Shown piece by piece: positions 14,352 through 25,714 of a DNA stretch of 64,000 bases; position 1 is the stretch's first letter; the number at the start of each line of letters is the position of its first letter. Made by a program: the position numbers and the translations under genes. The stretch is from Monocercomonoides exilis PA203 (Eukaryota > Protista > Preaxostyla), in contig LSRY02000049.1 of NCBI GenBank assembly GCA_001643675.2, forward strand, positions 496,001-560,000. The letters are read 5' to 3'. Below the pieces are notes generated by a model. The model was given only the letters and a program-made list of their open reading frames with translations. It was not told the origin of the DNA and did no database searches.

Positions 14352-15960
14352 TCACTATTATTTTACTGTGGAAGATGAAAAAATTTCCGATGGAATTTGG
14401 AGATATGATGCTGATGTCGAAGTGAAAGGTCGTAATACAGAATTAAAAGAAGTTGATGATGATTGTCTTTGACAAAGTGACTGCACTGAACGCAGTGATG
14501 TTGCAGATGATTAAAATGTTTCACATTGTTATGTGATAGATTATTTTGAGGAAGACGGTTAGGCATTTATCGCTTATTGTTGAAAAAGATGGTGCTATGC
14601 TTGTGAATTATCACAAATAAAATCTTCTTCGAATTTATAATCTCTTTCATTATAAAAAACTTAAATTCCTTTTTCGTTTCATATTTGTGAAACTTCCATC
14701 ATGGCTTTCTCTTTATTTTCTTTTCTAATTTCCTCTGTCGTCGATCTTTGATCAATATCGGAAATCTTAGAAATACAAAATTTGTGAAAATGATGAATAA
14801 TAATAATTTTTCAAGTTCAAATAAGAAATAATAGTATTTAATGTGATAGATAAGCTTCCTGATTCATCAGAAAATGAAATCCTTGGGGAAGTCATCGCAT
14901 TTCGAAAATTAAGTTTATTCTTAATTTTTTCTAGATTTCTAACATTTACTATCTTTTTTTATTTCTTTTCTTTTCAAATACTTTTCTGTCATTTCATCCA
15001 AAAATCTCGTATTAGCTTTAGAATCTATTTCTGTAAGAGGGTTTTGAAGAATATGAAAATTTGTTAGATAACAAGCAACAGAAAAATTATCAGTAATATT
15101 TTCAAATTCAAAAACCCATGGTCTACTAAAACTATAAATAATGTTTTGAGTCGACAAAAAAATCGTTCAACAATCACTATGAGTGAAGCCAACTCCGGAG
15201 TTCCAATTGGTTTAGTGATGACTTATCCAAATTCAGGCTTATCTACAATGAAATAAGAATCTGCTAATATTTCAGCACCTCCAAATTGTGTTTGAAACGT
15301 TGGATAATTATCCTGAAAAATACTTGAAAAATTATGAGTTGAACCAAAATATATGGAACTAATCGTACTGGCTGTTCCAATTCGAGGATTCACTCCCACC
15401 TCCGCCTTTACGCAATAAATATGATGTTTGCCAGAAAAATATTTCTTTCCGAACTCTAACTTTCCCCCCGGACGATTGATTGGTATGACAGTACAATCAA
15501 CAATGATTCCTGCTTCTTCAAAACCAGCAATTCTGTCAGGACGAAAAGACAGAAATAAGTGAGCCAGTTGATTTTTGACAATCGAAATAGTTGAATGGAG
15601 AAGGCGAATTGTCGAAGATTGTGAATCTTGTTTTGGTTGTGCAAGCAAATGTGTCAAAGTGCAAGATCCATGATGAAGGAAATTCAGAAGCAAGAAAAGC
15701 TGTTCATCAAACGAGTTGATGGATTTAGTACGACCTCTTCGTGGATAATCACACGGAGAAAGAAATCGAATCAGCATATCAAACTGTACTCGTACAAATC
15801 CTGTCAGACGATAGAACCCAAAAAATGGGTCAATAAATTTTTGACAAGCAATATCGATAATTGATTTCTTTTCTTCTTCTTTTATTTTTTCAGCATGATT
15901 GGGAATAGCATTTCTTTTCTCCACTTTTTTCAAAACTTCTAACAATGGAATTTGTGACAT
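14352..15960 (-). pseudogene. Decayed ISL2EU/Harbinger-type (DDE_Tnp_4-like) transposase with a Ser/Gln-rich C-terminal tail
   Basis: Motifs IIVDCTVIPINRP, YFSGKHHIYCVKAEVGVNP, GSTHNFS, EILADS. Past the TAA at 15223-15225 the same frame continues VITKP...VIVERFFCRLKTLF (third catalytic E region). After a frameshift it reads ACYLTNFHILQNPL. The tail at 14352-14770 is less certain. Confidence 0.8.
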
Positions 15961-16236
15961 GATTGTAAATGATTATAAAAGGTGACAAACAAAAACACCC
16001 ATTTTTCATGATTTTTCTTGATGATCCTTGCACAAAGAACTGTAACTAATTGCTAAGATTCAATCAATTCAATACTCAACTGATATAAATTGCATTTAAT
16101 GAAACTTATAAGGATTTGCTTCGGAGGATGTCATGTGAAGAAATTAAATTGTTTTTGTGCTTTTGTTAAAAAATCAAAAAGATAGAATAGTTCACAATCC
16201 TGATATACATCAAAAAGGTTTGAAATCTATCTCATT

Positions 16237-16237
<1 letters not shown>

Positions 16238-16271
<34 letters not shown>
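16238..16271. repeat. Poly(A) tract, 34 nt
   Basis: Directly visible. Confidence 0.95.
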
Positions 16272-16272
<1 letters not shown>

Positions 16273-16448
16273 GAAATATTTTTAACAACGAAAGTTTAAA
16301 TTGTAATTGACAAAGAAAAACATTTTCAATTTTTAAAATAAGAAAAGGCTCAATGGATTTCATTCAGAATTAATGAAAACTGCAATTTGAAGAACAAAAT
16401 ACCCATTTGAAAGAAATAAATAATAATATTAAACGGCTTTTGTAACTT

Positions 16449-19400
16449 GCGTATCACAAATCCGGGAAACGTGGGACAAATTTTTATTATAATGTATCAA
16501 TGATCGAAAAAATATGTATTAAAACTTTTCAAATAAACAAAAGGAGAAAATGTCTCGCTTGTGATGTCATCGTGCAATTGAACTGCAGAAAGTGATTTGA
16601 AATTGGTTTGCTGTTGTTTCTAATGAAATGGGTGATTATTTATGAAATCATAACTTTTTTCGGTGTGTGCATAATTTAGAAAATTTTATGAATTCGAAAC
16701 AAAAATTTTTGTTGAAATGTTTTGTTCATCCAATTGAATCAAAAGACATTGTTTGATTTGAAAGAAAGATAGTGATGATTTTTGTTGCAGAATTTCTTTT
16801 CTGTGTTCATTGATATTAATTCAAAAAAGAAATTTTTTTACCGAAATTTTTCAACGAAAAAATATGATTTCAAAAATAATTACCCAAATATCCAAATCAA
16901 ATATTACTCTGATATTAATATTGCCTGAATATCATATTCAATCAAACTTTTTTTTTCAAGCGTGTGTTATTGGGTCAAAAACAATTGAATAATGTTATTG
17001 TCAATACGCGTTTGAGCGAATAAAAGCGTTTGAAAGTGTGAAACCTGTTTTGTTTTTCTATGAAAACGAAATGTTTCATTCACAAATAAATACCTCATTT
17101 ATTAACATATCAACAATCCTCATTGTCAAAAACAAAAAGTGAACGTGCAATATAGAAAAGTTCATTGTTATATTGTAGTATCGCTAAAAATAAGGAAATT
17201 ATTATGGCAAATTATCGATTCCATTTAATATCCAAAAAATACTTTTATAATCAAAGTTGGATTAACATTTTGATCGTTGAATATTTTGAACTTAATATTT
17301 TTTTAACAGCAAGATAGTTGTTTGAAAGTAAAATGCTCAAATGGGCAAATTTCGAGTGATGTGTAAAAATATTAAACATTTTGGAAGAAGAAGTTAGCAT
17401 TGATTAGTTTCTTTATAACTTTTTTTTTCAATTTGAATGTGATTTTTATTTTTTTTCTCTGGAATAGTGTCTTTCATCCTAGGATAATTAAAAAAAGATG
17501 AATATATAGAATAAAACAGATTCAGAGATTTAGAATGTGTGGTTTTCAAAATATCGAACAAATCAAGTGAAATTGAAAAAAAAAATGATCGAAAAATTCA
17601 GATACAAAGAATCACTATTTCATAAATCACAGTTATTGCTTTTTCGAGCTAAAAAACTGTTGTTTCAGTCATCATAAAAAAAATAAACAAACATCCTCTT
17701 GTATTTTCATTAATAAGATCCAAACTGGAGTTGAACTATTGAAGAAGGATTCCACATATTATTTGGGCATTTCCTTGTTAATTTCATATCTTTATAATGT
17801 CTTGTTTTCATTATCAAAAAGATTTCTGAATAATTTATTTTTGTTTAGTGAGAATATTACGATAACCATTATTGAAAATTACAAATAATCCCCAGATGCC
17901 CGATAAATGAAAGAAATGCAAAAATGGATGAAGTTGAATTGATGTTGATGGAAGACGATCATGATTTTATTGATGAAAAGGATATGAAATGAATCAATAC
18001 GGATGTGATTTCAATCATGTTTGAAGAATGCGAGGGCAATAGAGAAGCAATTATGAAAAAAGCACTTGATCTTGTCGAAAAAAGAGTGATAACAAAAAAA
18101 GAATTATTCGACTCAGGAATCATTCATAAAAGCAGCTTTTACAGAGCACTTTCAGCGAAATCAAAAGGAAGAGATGTATGCTCTGTTGGACGACCTCCTT
18201 TATTAAACAAACAAAACAAATCAGTTGTGAAAGAATCAATAAAGGAGGAAGTCATACAAGATGCATATCCTTGCGCAAAGCAAGTTAGAGAGATGGTACA
18301 TTGTTATATTTTTTATTGTTTTGTTATTTTTTCTTTCACTGTATTTTCAGGCTCAATTGACAATATCTGAAAGTTCAGGGAAACCAATGGATGAAATACT
18401 AATATCAAGGACATGGCCCTATAGATTTTTGAATGATCAATCAGATTTGTTTTTCATTCACCCAATTCAACTTCCAGCTGCTCGAGCAGCACACTCAACA
18501 AAAGAATGTCTTGCTCCATGGTTCGAAAAAGTTAAATCATTATATAATGAGTTCAGATTTCAACCTGAACTAATTTTTAATCTTGATGAAGTATATTTAT
18601 CTGTTTCTGATCTCAGGCCTGTCAAAGTGGTAAACACAGAAGATGCACGTGTGCCCTTTGTTCATGAACCAGTCTTGCCTCCATCAATTTCTTCTCTCTT
18701 CCTTATTTCAGCGGATGGTGTGAGGTATCCGGTTGTTACAAAAATAAAAGCAAAAAAGCTTCCCATTGAATTTAAAAAAGCAAGCGAGCCCCAGTTGAGA
18801 TTTGTTACTGATGAAACTTGCGCAATGACGAAAGAAAGCTTTCAGATGATATTTGACAGAGTAATTATACCCTCCATTGTTCACAGAAGAATTATAATAA
18901 ATGAAAAGAACTCGCACTGTTTTCTGTTTATGGATTCTCTTGCAGCCCATTTGTCCCCTCAGATTATTCAACAATCAAAAGTTCATCACATTGACTTATG
19001 CTTCCCACCATCTCACACTTCACATCTTGTCCAGCCATTGGATCTTAATGTCAACGCCACATTTAAAAATTCGCTGAGAACAATGAATTATGAAACGCCT
19101 GATCCTTCTGCGAGTGAAAAAAGAAAATCATTTCTAGACAAATTTATTAATTCATTACACGCAGCATTCAAGCCTTCAACAATAAAAGCTTCATTCAGAG
19201 ATTCAGGAATATGGCCATTCAATCCAGAAATTGTGTTATCAAAAGTGCCTGAGAAAAGACCAGAATGGGTAAAAGTTTCAGAAAAAATTATGGATCCTGC
19301 AAAGCCTTTTTTTTTCTGGAAAAATGTTTATATCGTCTCGTCCAACTGATCACATTGATGAAGATGTTCACCCTTATTTTTCTTGAGAAATTTTTTTTAT

Positions 19401-19571
19401 CTATTTGTATTTTGACAAATATTTTGCTCAAAATTTTTAGAAACATACAATATAACAAAAAAGGCTTCATTTTTTTCACAATTTATTTCATTTAATGAAC
19501 GAAAAGATTAAAAACAGCTGAAGTTTATTCATTGTCCCGGATTTGTGACATGTCCCGGATTTGTGACACAC
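16449..19571 (+). mobile_element. pogo-family (Tc1/mariner superfamily) DNA transposon, ~3.1 kb
   Basis: Left end GCGTATCACAAATCCGGGAAA (16449) matches the reverse complement of the right end GTGTGTCACAAATCCGGGACA (19571). TA follows the right end; the left flank is TT. Encloses a DDE_1 transposase. Confidence 0.75.
18017..19349 (+). CDS. pogo-like DD35D transposase (N-terminal HTH region + DDE_1), two exons, intron 18296-18350
   Basis: A GT..AG 55-nt phase-0 intron joins ORF 18005 to ORF 18261 (..QVREM|AQLTIS..). GRPPLL linker. Catalytic motifs IFNLDE, FMDSLAAH and HTSHLVQPLD, with 35 residues between the 2nd and 3rd Asp. Confidence 0.88.
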
Positions 19572-20436
19572 TAACTAATAAATTTTACAAAATTTTTCTT
19601 GAATCAGAATTTGGTATTTACTAAATTCTTTTCCGATTAATGAAATATTAACGATTTTGAATAATTATTTTCGGGATCGAATAAAAGATTTTGATTTTAA
19701 TAAACACTTTATCGATTTCGAATTCGATTTTTTCGATATTGAATAATTTTTTGTGTTTTATTCGACAGTAGTTTTTTTTTTAAAAAACAAATATTGTTTT
19801 CAATAAAAATTTCGACTTTGCTTGGAGGCAGTTCGACTGTGAATAATTTTTAGTGTGTTAATGAGGAAAATATTTCTGATTGATCCAAATTAATCAATTA
19901 ATTATCGCAATTTTCTGACACACTCCAAAAAATGAAAAATCGAAAAAACAAAAACCTTTTTAAAAATGTTGAAAATTATATCAAACAACGAAAAAAGATA
20001 CGGAACAGCGTGACACAAAAATTGAAAACAACTAAATTACAATTCAACACTGAAAAACCACTTTTTCAATGAGAAAAAATAAATAAATAAATAAAAAGAT
20101 AAGATAAGAAAAGATTAGTGTCATATTTTATTCCTTCAAATTTTTTGTTGGCTTTGTGCAAAGATTTTCCAGTAACCATCTACATTATAAAAAGATTACA
20201 ATTTAATAACGAGTTTATGTCAAAAGACAAACACATTCATCTCAATAAAGAATTAAAAAAAGTATTAAATATGCTTTTAATAAAATGTTGCATTCAAAAA
20301 AAGTAACAAAGAAAATAAAAAATCTTCAAAAAAAGAAAATATCTCTTTTTGAAAAAAAAATTTTTTTTTTTGTATGACATCGGAACTGAAATGCTAAGAT
20401 AAATTATTTAAATAACACAAAATGTGAATTGAAACA

Positions 20437-21119
20437 TTACAGTCTTTCTCCTGCATCAAAGAGCTCTTCCTTGAAAAATGCTGTAATAATTGTTCTTCCC
20501 TGAAAAGCACAACCATTAATGAGTGAAACAGCACGCTGAGCTTCTTTTGGGTCTGAATATTTCACGTAAATCTATAAGAAACATAAAAAGAAAATATGAG
20601 CACAAATATAAAATTTAAAAAATTATAAAAATTTGTAAAATATCCACACTCACTCCTCCCCTCTTCCCGCCTTTCTCTTTCTCTCTTTCATAAAATCAAT
20701 TACATTCAAAAAATCAATGATTTCTTTTTCAATGCTTTTTTCATTTCGCAATATACCCTTCCAATTGTTCCAAGCAAATGCAGTTTCGTTTGATCCCGTT
20801 CTTTCTCATCAAGTGTCAAATCAGTTATTCGCGAACGTATTGTTTCATCTGGGCGTGGAAAGACAACAGCTGTAATTGTGCCATAGCGAGCACATTCTGC
20901 TGTGAAATCACGAAGAATGCTTTCAAAATCAGCATCACTTACCAAATCGAATTCATTGCATAAATTCAAAAACAACACCACTCGAGATGAAGTTGCTGTG
21001 ACTGTACACATCATTACATGCATAAAACAATCATGTTCAAATGTTTAAAACACGCATCGCATTGATATTCGAAAACAATAATAAATAAAATGAACAACAA
21101 TCAGTGGCAAAATAAAATG

Positions 21120-21180
<61 letters not shown>

Positions 21181-22665
21181 AATAAACATGTAAAAACGAA
21201 AAAGAAAATGAATTACAGCAAACTAATAGTTCCACCACCAGTCGAAAGTGTTTGTATAAGATGCTGATCTGTCGTTACATCAGTTGATTTCTTGTTTTCC
21301 AATTTCATTTTTTTTAGAAAAAAAACATACAAATATTGAAAAGCAACAAAGCAACAATCGTAGAAAAATAAAACGAAATAATAAGTTCAATGAAATAATA
21401 AACCTTAGCACCGATTGATGCTCTCTGGGCAAAAATCGTTTTATCCTTCACAACTCGTCCAGTCAGCTGTGAGCATGCTATGTCAGTAAGCGATGGATCT
21501 TGATATTCACAAAACGCATATCCTCTGTTTAAACTAGTTCCTTGCTCTTTCACCAAATTTATAGCTTTTAAATGCCCAATTGACGAAAGCAGTTGAAGCA
21601 GCTGAAAATTTCAACATGTTAATGAAATACAAAAGCAACAAATATTTTAGTATCACATTTTCAAATAAGCATCAAAGTATAGCAAAAGCATAAGAAGATT
21701 GATTACCTCTCCATCTGTCATTGTGTGCGGTAAATTTCCAATATATATTTTATTTGGATTATCCGCTCCTGGTGCAAGAAGAGACGTGCTTGCGGGTTGC
21801 GGAATTGAATGAACAGGCATAGATGAAGCAGGAGTTGCACTGCTAACTGGTGTAGGGTGATAGCCAAAAGAAGGTTGAGACACACCCTGAGATGGTGAAA
21901 GAGAAGTGTGAGATGAAGTCGAAGCTGCACTTGCCATTAGCATTTGATAGCTCGCTGCGTCTAGAATTTTTATAAACATCAATGAATTAAAGAGTAAAAA
22001 ATTGAAAGTTTAATAAAAAGAAAACAAAAATGCAATCTTATTACCATTATCAACAGGTATGTATTCCTTTGGCCGCTTTATTTTGAGCATTACTCCTTTT
22101 AAAACACATCCGCCCAATCCCATTCCAAGTGTGGCTTGTTGAGGTTTCCGAAATTCAACGAATGCATAGCTCTTTTCATAATTTATAGAAACTTCAACAA
22201 CTGGATCTCCCTCTCCTCCTTCGGGGGTCCACCATCCTCGTCTATGAAATTCATCTCTGAAAAAAGCTCGAATATCAGGCTAAAAATAAAAGCAATATAA
22301 AAGACTTCAACAGAGCGCAATCACACATCAGTTGTTCCGGGTAATATACCCCCAACGTACAATCGCTTTGCTTGTTTTTGTTGTTGAAATGTTGCAGAAG
22401 AATAAGATGGAGGTAGAGTTGGAATAACAGCAGTAAGAGTGCTTAATGGATTTGAAGAAGTTGCTGCAACTTCAATTGGCGTATCCCAAAGACTCTTTTT
22501 TTTTGGTTTATCTTCTTTTGGCTCATCTATTGGTGTTTTTGTATGTTTATGCTTTCTTCGATCGTCATCACTTGAATCAGATGTCCTACTCCTATGTCGA
22601 TGTCTATGTCTTCTACTATCATCATCACGATCACGCCTTCTATCTCTTCGACGATCTCTATCCAT
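20437..22665 (-). CDS. U2AF2: Splicing factor U2AF large subunit (U2AF65), 7 exons, ~490 aa
   Basis: Exons 22665-22327, 22279-22045, 21960-21707, 21601-21404, 21290-21224, 21001-20757, 20571-20437 splice in frame. RD/RS N-terminus, ULM KKKSLWDTP, RRM1 (KRLYVGGI..SYAFVEFR..LKIKRPKEY), RRM2 (NKIYIGNLP..RGYAFCEY), UHM (LNLC..ECARYG..GRIYVKY..INGCAFQGRTI). Exon 5 boundaries are the least certain. Confidence 0.93.
21120..21179. repeat. Poly(A) tract, 60 nt (poly-U in U2AF2 intron 5 pre-mRNA)
   Basis: Directly visible. Confidence 0.95.
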
Positions 22666-22797
22666 GGAAAATGAGATAGAAAAAAAAATCTTGATCAATA
22701 AATAATTCGTTTTATTAAATAAACTTGAATGAAAAATTATCTTTAATTATGTACAAATCAATTTTTATTTATCATAAAATAAAAGGAAATGACAAAA

Positions 22798-25161
22798 TTA
22801 CAACATTTTTTTCTTTACACTATGTTTTTTCTTCTTTAACTCAGGCTCAAACCAATCAAACACCCATGGATGTCTGGTGTATGAAGCCATAAGATGAAAC
22901 TGCCTTCCTCCCCATATAACTTTATTCCATTCATGAAAATCTCGATACCATTTTCTGCGTTTCCCCATAATTTTGGAGAATATACTGCAAATTGCATTTT
23001 GGGCCGATATCGATGGTACACAAGCCTTTGAATGAGAATGAGCAACTGAATATTTTAGTTGCAGACAGCAAGAAAAATTCGAAACAAGAGGATGAAACGT
23101 GTATCTTCGTTTTATTTGTATTTCATCAGGAATGTTGAAACCAGTATTTTCCTTTTGACGGTAGGATTTAGAAAACTTCTCCATCTTATCGATATTCAAT
23201 GCTTCAATCAAAGTCGAGTTTCCATTTTGAAACCGTTTTGATAGAACAAAAGCAGCTTCGCTGTTTTCTTCATCTATTGAGGAACAACACTCAGAAAACA
23301 CATTGTCGCACGAAAAAGGCTCATTAACTCGAGAAGAACTCACAGAAGACGTATTTTCTGCTAATCCAACAAAAAGCTGTTGTATTTTTAACTTTGAAGA
23401 ATTGTCAAAAAGAGATCTGTTTGCAGAAGAAAATCGTTGAGTAGATGTCGAGTTCTTCTGTCGTTTCGGTTCTAATTGCAGTTGCACTGGTCTTCGAAAA
23501 GGAGCACTTGAAGTTGGCGAAAAAGTGGAAGATGGCAACATGCTCTTTGAATCATAACAAAGAACAGGATTGGATTCAGCCGGCTTTTCAAAAGAAAATG
23601 AAACGAATGACTGCTGTTGAAGCGGAGGTGAAGGCTGTGTGGATGGCTTTATTTCTTTTATTGAGATTAATGAAGCGGAACAACCGTCTCCGCAGTTTTT
23701 AATAGTTTGAGCTGGTAAATTGTCATGTGCCTTCGACTCTGCATCATTCACTTTTGTAGAATCAGATGAACTGTCATTTGAAATAGGGTCGAATGTTATA
23801 TCATCTTTGAAACCTTTTAGCTTTTTACATTTTTTCTCTTCTTGTTCTTGTAGATAAAGTCGAAGTCTTTCTAAATGACTCAAAGAACTTAATGTTTCTT
23901 CCTTTTCTTCTTTCGCTTTCATGCTGTTCAGTTTGAATTTCAGTACTTCCACTTTTGAATCTTCTTCATCTAAATTGCAACTGCTATCTTTCAAATACGA
24001 CTTTAGTTCTTCCACTGTCATTTTTTGTTTCTCTTGGAGATCGTTTGCATCTCTTTCATCATCTTCATCTTCATCTGGATGCTTCAGTATCTTCTGCTCT
24101 GCATTGTTCCATAAAACTTCTTCATCATCTTTTAGATTCCCCTTTTTAATCCAGATTCCAAAACATCTCTTGAACTCTATTGCCTCTCGTATTTGCTTTT
24201 TGATCTTTCTCCTCCTCCTTTTGGCTTCTTTATCAAGACGCTCTTCGCTTCCACATTTCTCCTGATTCGACTTATCTTCAGGGACAATTTCCTTTTCTCT
24301 ATTAAGCTCTTTGATGTCTGCCATTTCCCAACGATTAATCATTTTCTCTGCTTCCCACTCTGCTATTTTAGACTCCAGCTTTCCGTTGATTTCAAAGTCG
24401 TGGTCAAATGCCAGATCCTGAAATTTCTTCTTTGCCGTTGTCCATCGAACAATGGTCTCCTCAATGTCTTCATCTGACGAATCACTTTCTATTTGCTCAG
24501 GTAATTCTTGTGATGCTGTTGGCTTTGCGGCTGAACTTTCTGATGGAGCGTCGCAATGAACAATGGGAACATTTGATTCCATTGATGGGATTTCAACAGC
24601 TGATTTTTGGCTGCTTTTATTTTCTTGATCCTGCTTTGTCTTTTCTCTCTCTTCTGGGTTTTCCAACAGATCTTTTTCTTTTTGATGAAAAGACAGCTGT
24701 TGACTGGAACTTGATGTCGTTTCAACATGTCCCTGATCCTTCTGTTTATACTGTTTTCCAAGTTGAAGCAAAAATTCTAGTTGGCTAATCCTTTCTACAG
24801 TTTCAACAGAAGTGTTACGTGAGGAATTCATTTCTTTATCAGAAATATTATCTGCATGGTCAGATTTACAACAAGATTCCATAATATCTCGAGGTAGAAC
24901 AGATGACTTTATGACATCATTACGAACCCGACTTTGATCTCCTTTAGAATTTAATGACGAACAACTTTCAGACTTTATGGAAAAACTTCCTTGTTGATTT
25001 GAAAATGCAAAGCAAGACGATGGATCAAAACTTTCTTCCAATGAACTTATTGATCTCGCAAAACCCGTCAATCTTCCATTGCTCATTGATGGCAAATACG
25101 ATTGATGATGAACAAAAGTTGGATTTACTAAATTTGAGGATAGTGATCTTTCTAAGCTCAT
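22798..25161 (-). CDS. Hypothetical protein, paralogue 1 of the local QIKxA-W-W-TIEEL family
   Basis: Single ORF of 787 aa from the first ATG; central block ..RRKIKKQIREAIEFKRCFGIWIKK..EEVLWNNAEQKI..TVEELK is shared with three nearby ORFs. Confidence 0.85.
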   Translation of the reverse strand: MSLERSLSSNLVNPTFVHHQSYLPSMSNGRLTGFARSISSLEESFDPSSCFAFSNQQGSFSIKSESCSSLNSKGDQSRVRNDVIKSSVLPRDIMESCCKSDHADNISDKEMNSSRNTSVETVERISQLEFLLQLGKQYKQKDQGHVETTSSSSQQLSFHQKEKDLLENPEEREKTKQDQENKSSQKSAVEIPSMESNVPIVHCDAPSESSAAKPTASQELPEQIESDSSDEDIEETIVRWTTAKKKFQDLAFDHDFEINGKLESKIAEWEAEKMINRWEMADIKELNREKEIVPEDKSNQEKCGSEERLDKEAKRRRRKIKKQIREAIEFKRCFGIWIKKGNLKDDEEVLWNNAEQKILKHPDEDEDDERDANDLQEKQKMTVEELKSYLKDSSCNLDEEDSKVEVLKFKLNSMKAKEEKEETLSSLSHLERLRLYLQEQEEKKCKKLKGFKDDITFDPISNDSSSDSTKVNDAESKAHDNLPAQTIKNCGDGCSASLISIKEIKPSTQPSPPLQQQSFVSFSFEKPAESNPVLCYDSKSMLPSSTFSPTSSAPFRRPVQLQLEPKRQKNSTSTQRFSSANRSLFDNSSKLKIQQLFVGLAENTSSVSSSRVNEPFSCDNVFSECCSSIDEENSEAAFVLSKRFQNGNSTLIEALNIDKMEKFSKSYRQKENTGFNIPDEIQIKRRYTFHPLVSNFSCCLQLKYSVAHSHSKACVPSISAQNAICSIFSKIMGKRRKWYRDFHEWNKVIWGGRQFHLMASYTRHPWVFDWFEPELKKKKHSVKKKML

Positions 25162-25714
25162 CAAAAATGGAGACGATGTGCAAGATGAAGCTTTCGCGAA
25201 TGATTTTCTCGAACTTTTCGATTCTAAAAATCATTTATAGTATTAATTCAGATTATAACAAAAATTCATTGTAAACGTACAAAATAAAGATTAAAATTGA
25301 AAGAAAATATTAACGAATTAAAAACTGTACCTTGAAATCTTTTGGAAAATTCACATTCTGCATTTTCTATTTTAGAACTAGATAAATACTTTTAGCAAAG
25401 TTTGAGATAATATTATGATAGAAAAATCATGATAAAAGAGAAAAATAAAACTTCATTAAAAATTGAATGAAACAAGTGTTTTAAATTCACACCTCATGCG
25501 AAAATAAAATTTCTGTTACAATGGTCATGACGACATTTTAAAAAAAGAAATTAACAGCACTTAATCGAAAAATTAAACAAGTTCACAAATATATTAAGGT
25601 TTGTCTGCGAAATATTTTGAAGACGTTTATTTTGTGATTGTTTAAAAGATTCTTGCTTCTTATCGAAAAGCTTTTGACAATTTATACAAATTTTATTCTT
25701 CATAATTAACAGCT

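Noticed and set aside
16238-16271. Poly(A) as a retroelement tail
   Set aside because: No upstream RT/SINE features or TSD seen; similar homopolymers occur elsewhere
19533-19568. Tandem 18-mer as CRISPR-like repeat
   Set aside because: Two abutting copies with no spacer, eukaryotic context, explained as a transposon end
25521-25598. Candidate upstream coding exon (MVMTTF*KKKLTALNRKIKQVHKYIK) for the 25715 gene
   Set aside because: Contains an in-frame TAA and its donor phase does not match the acceptor at 25712
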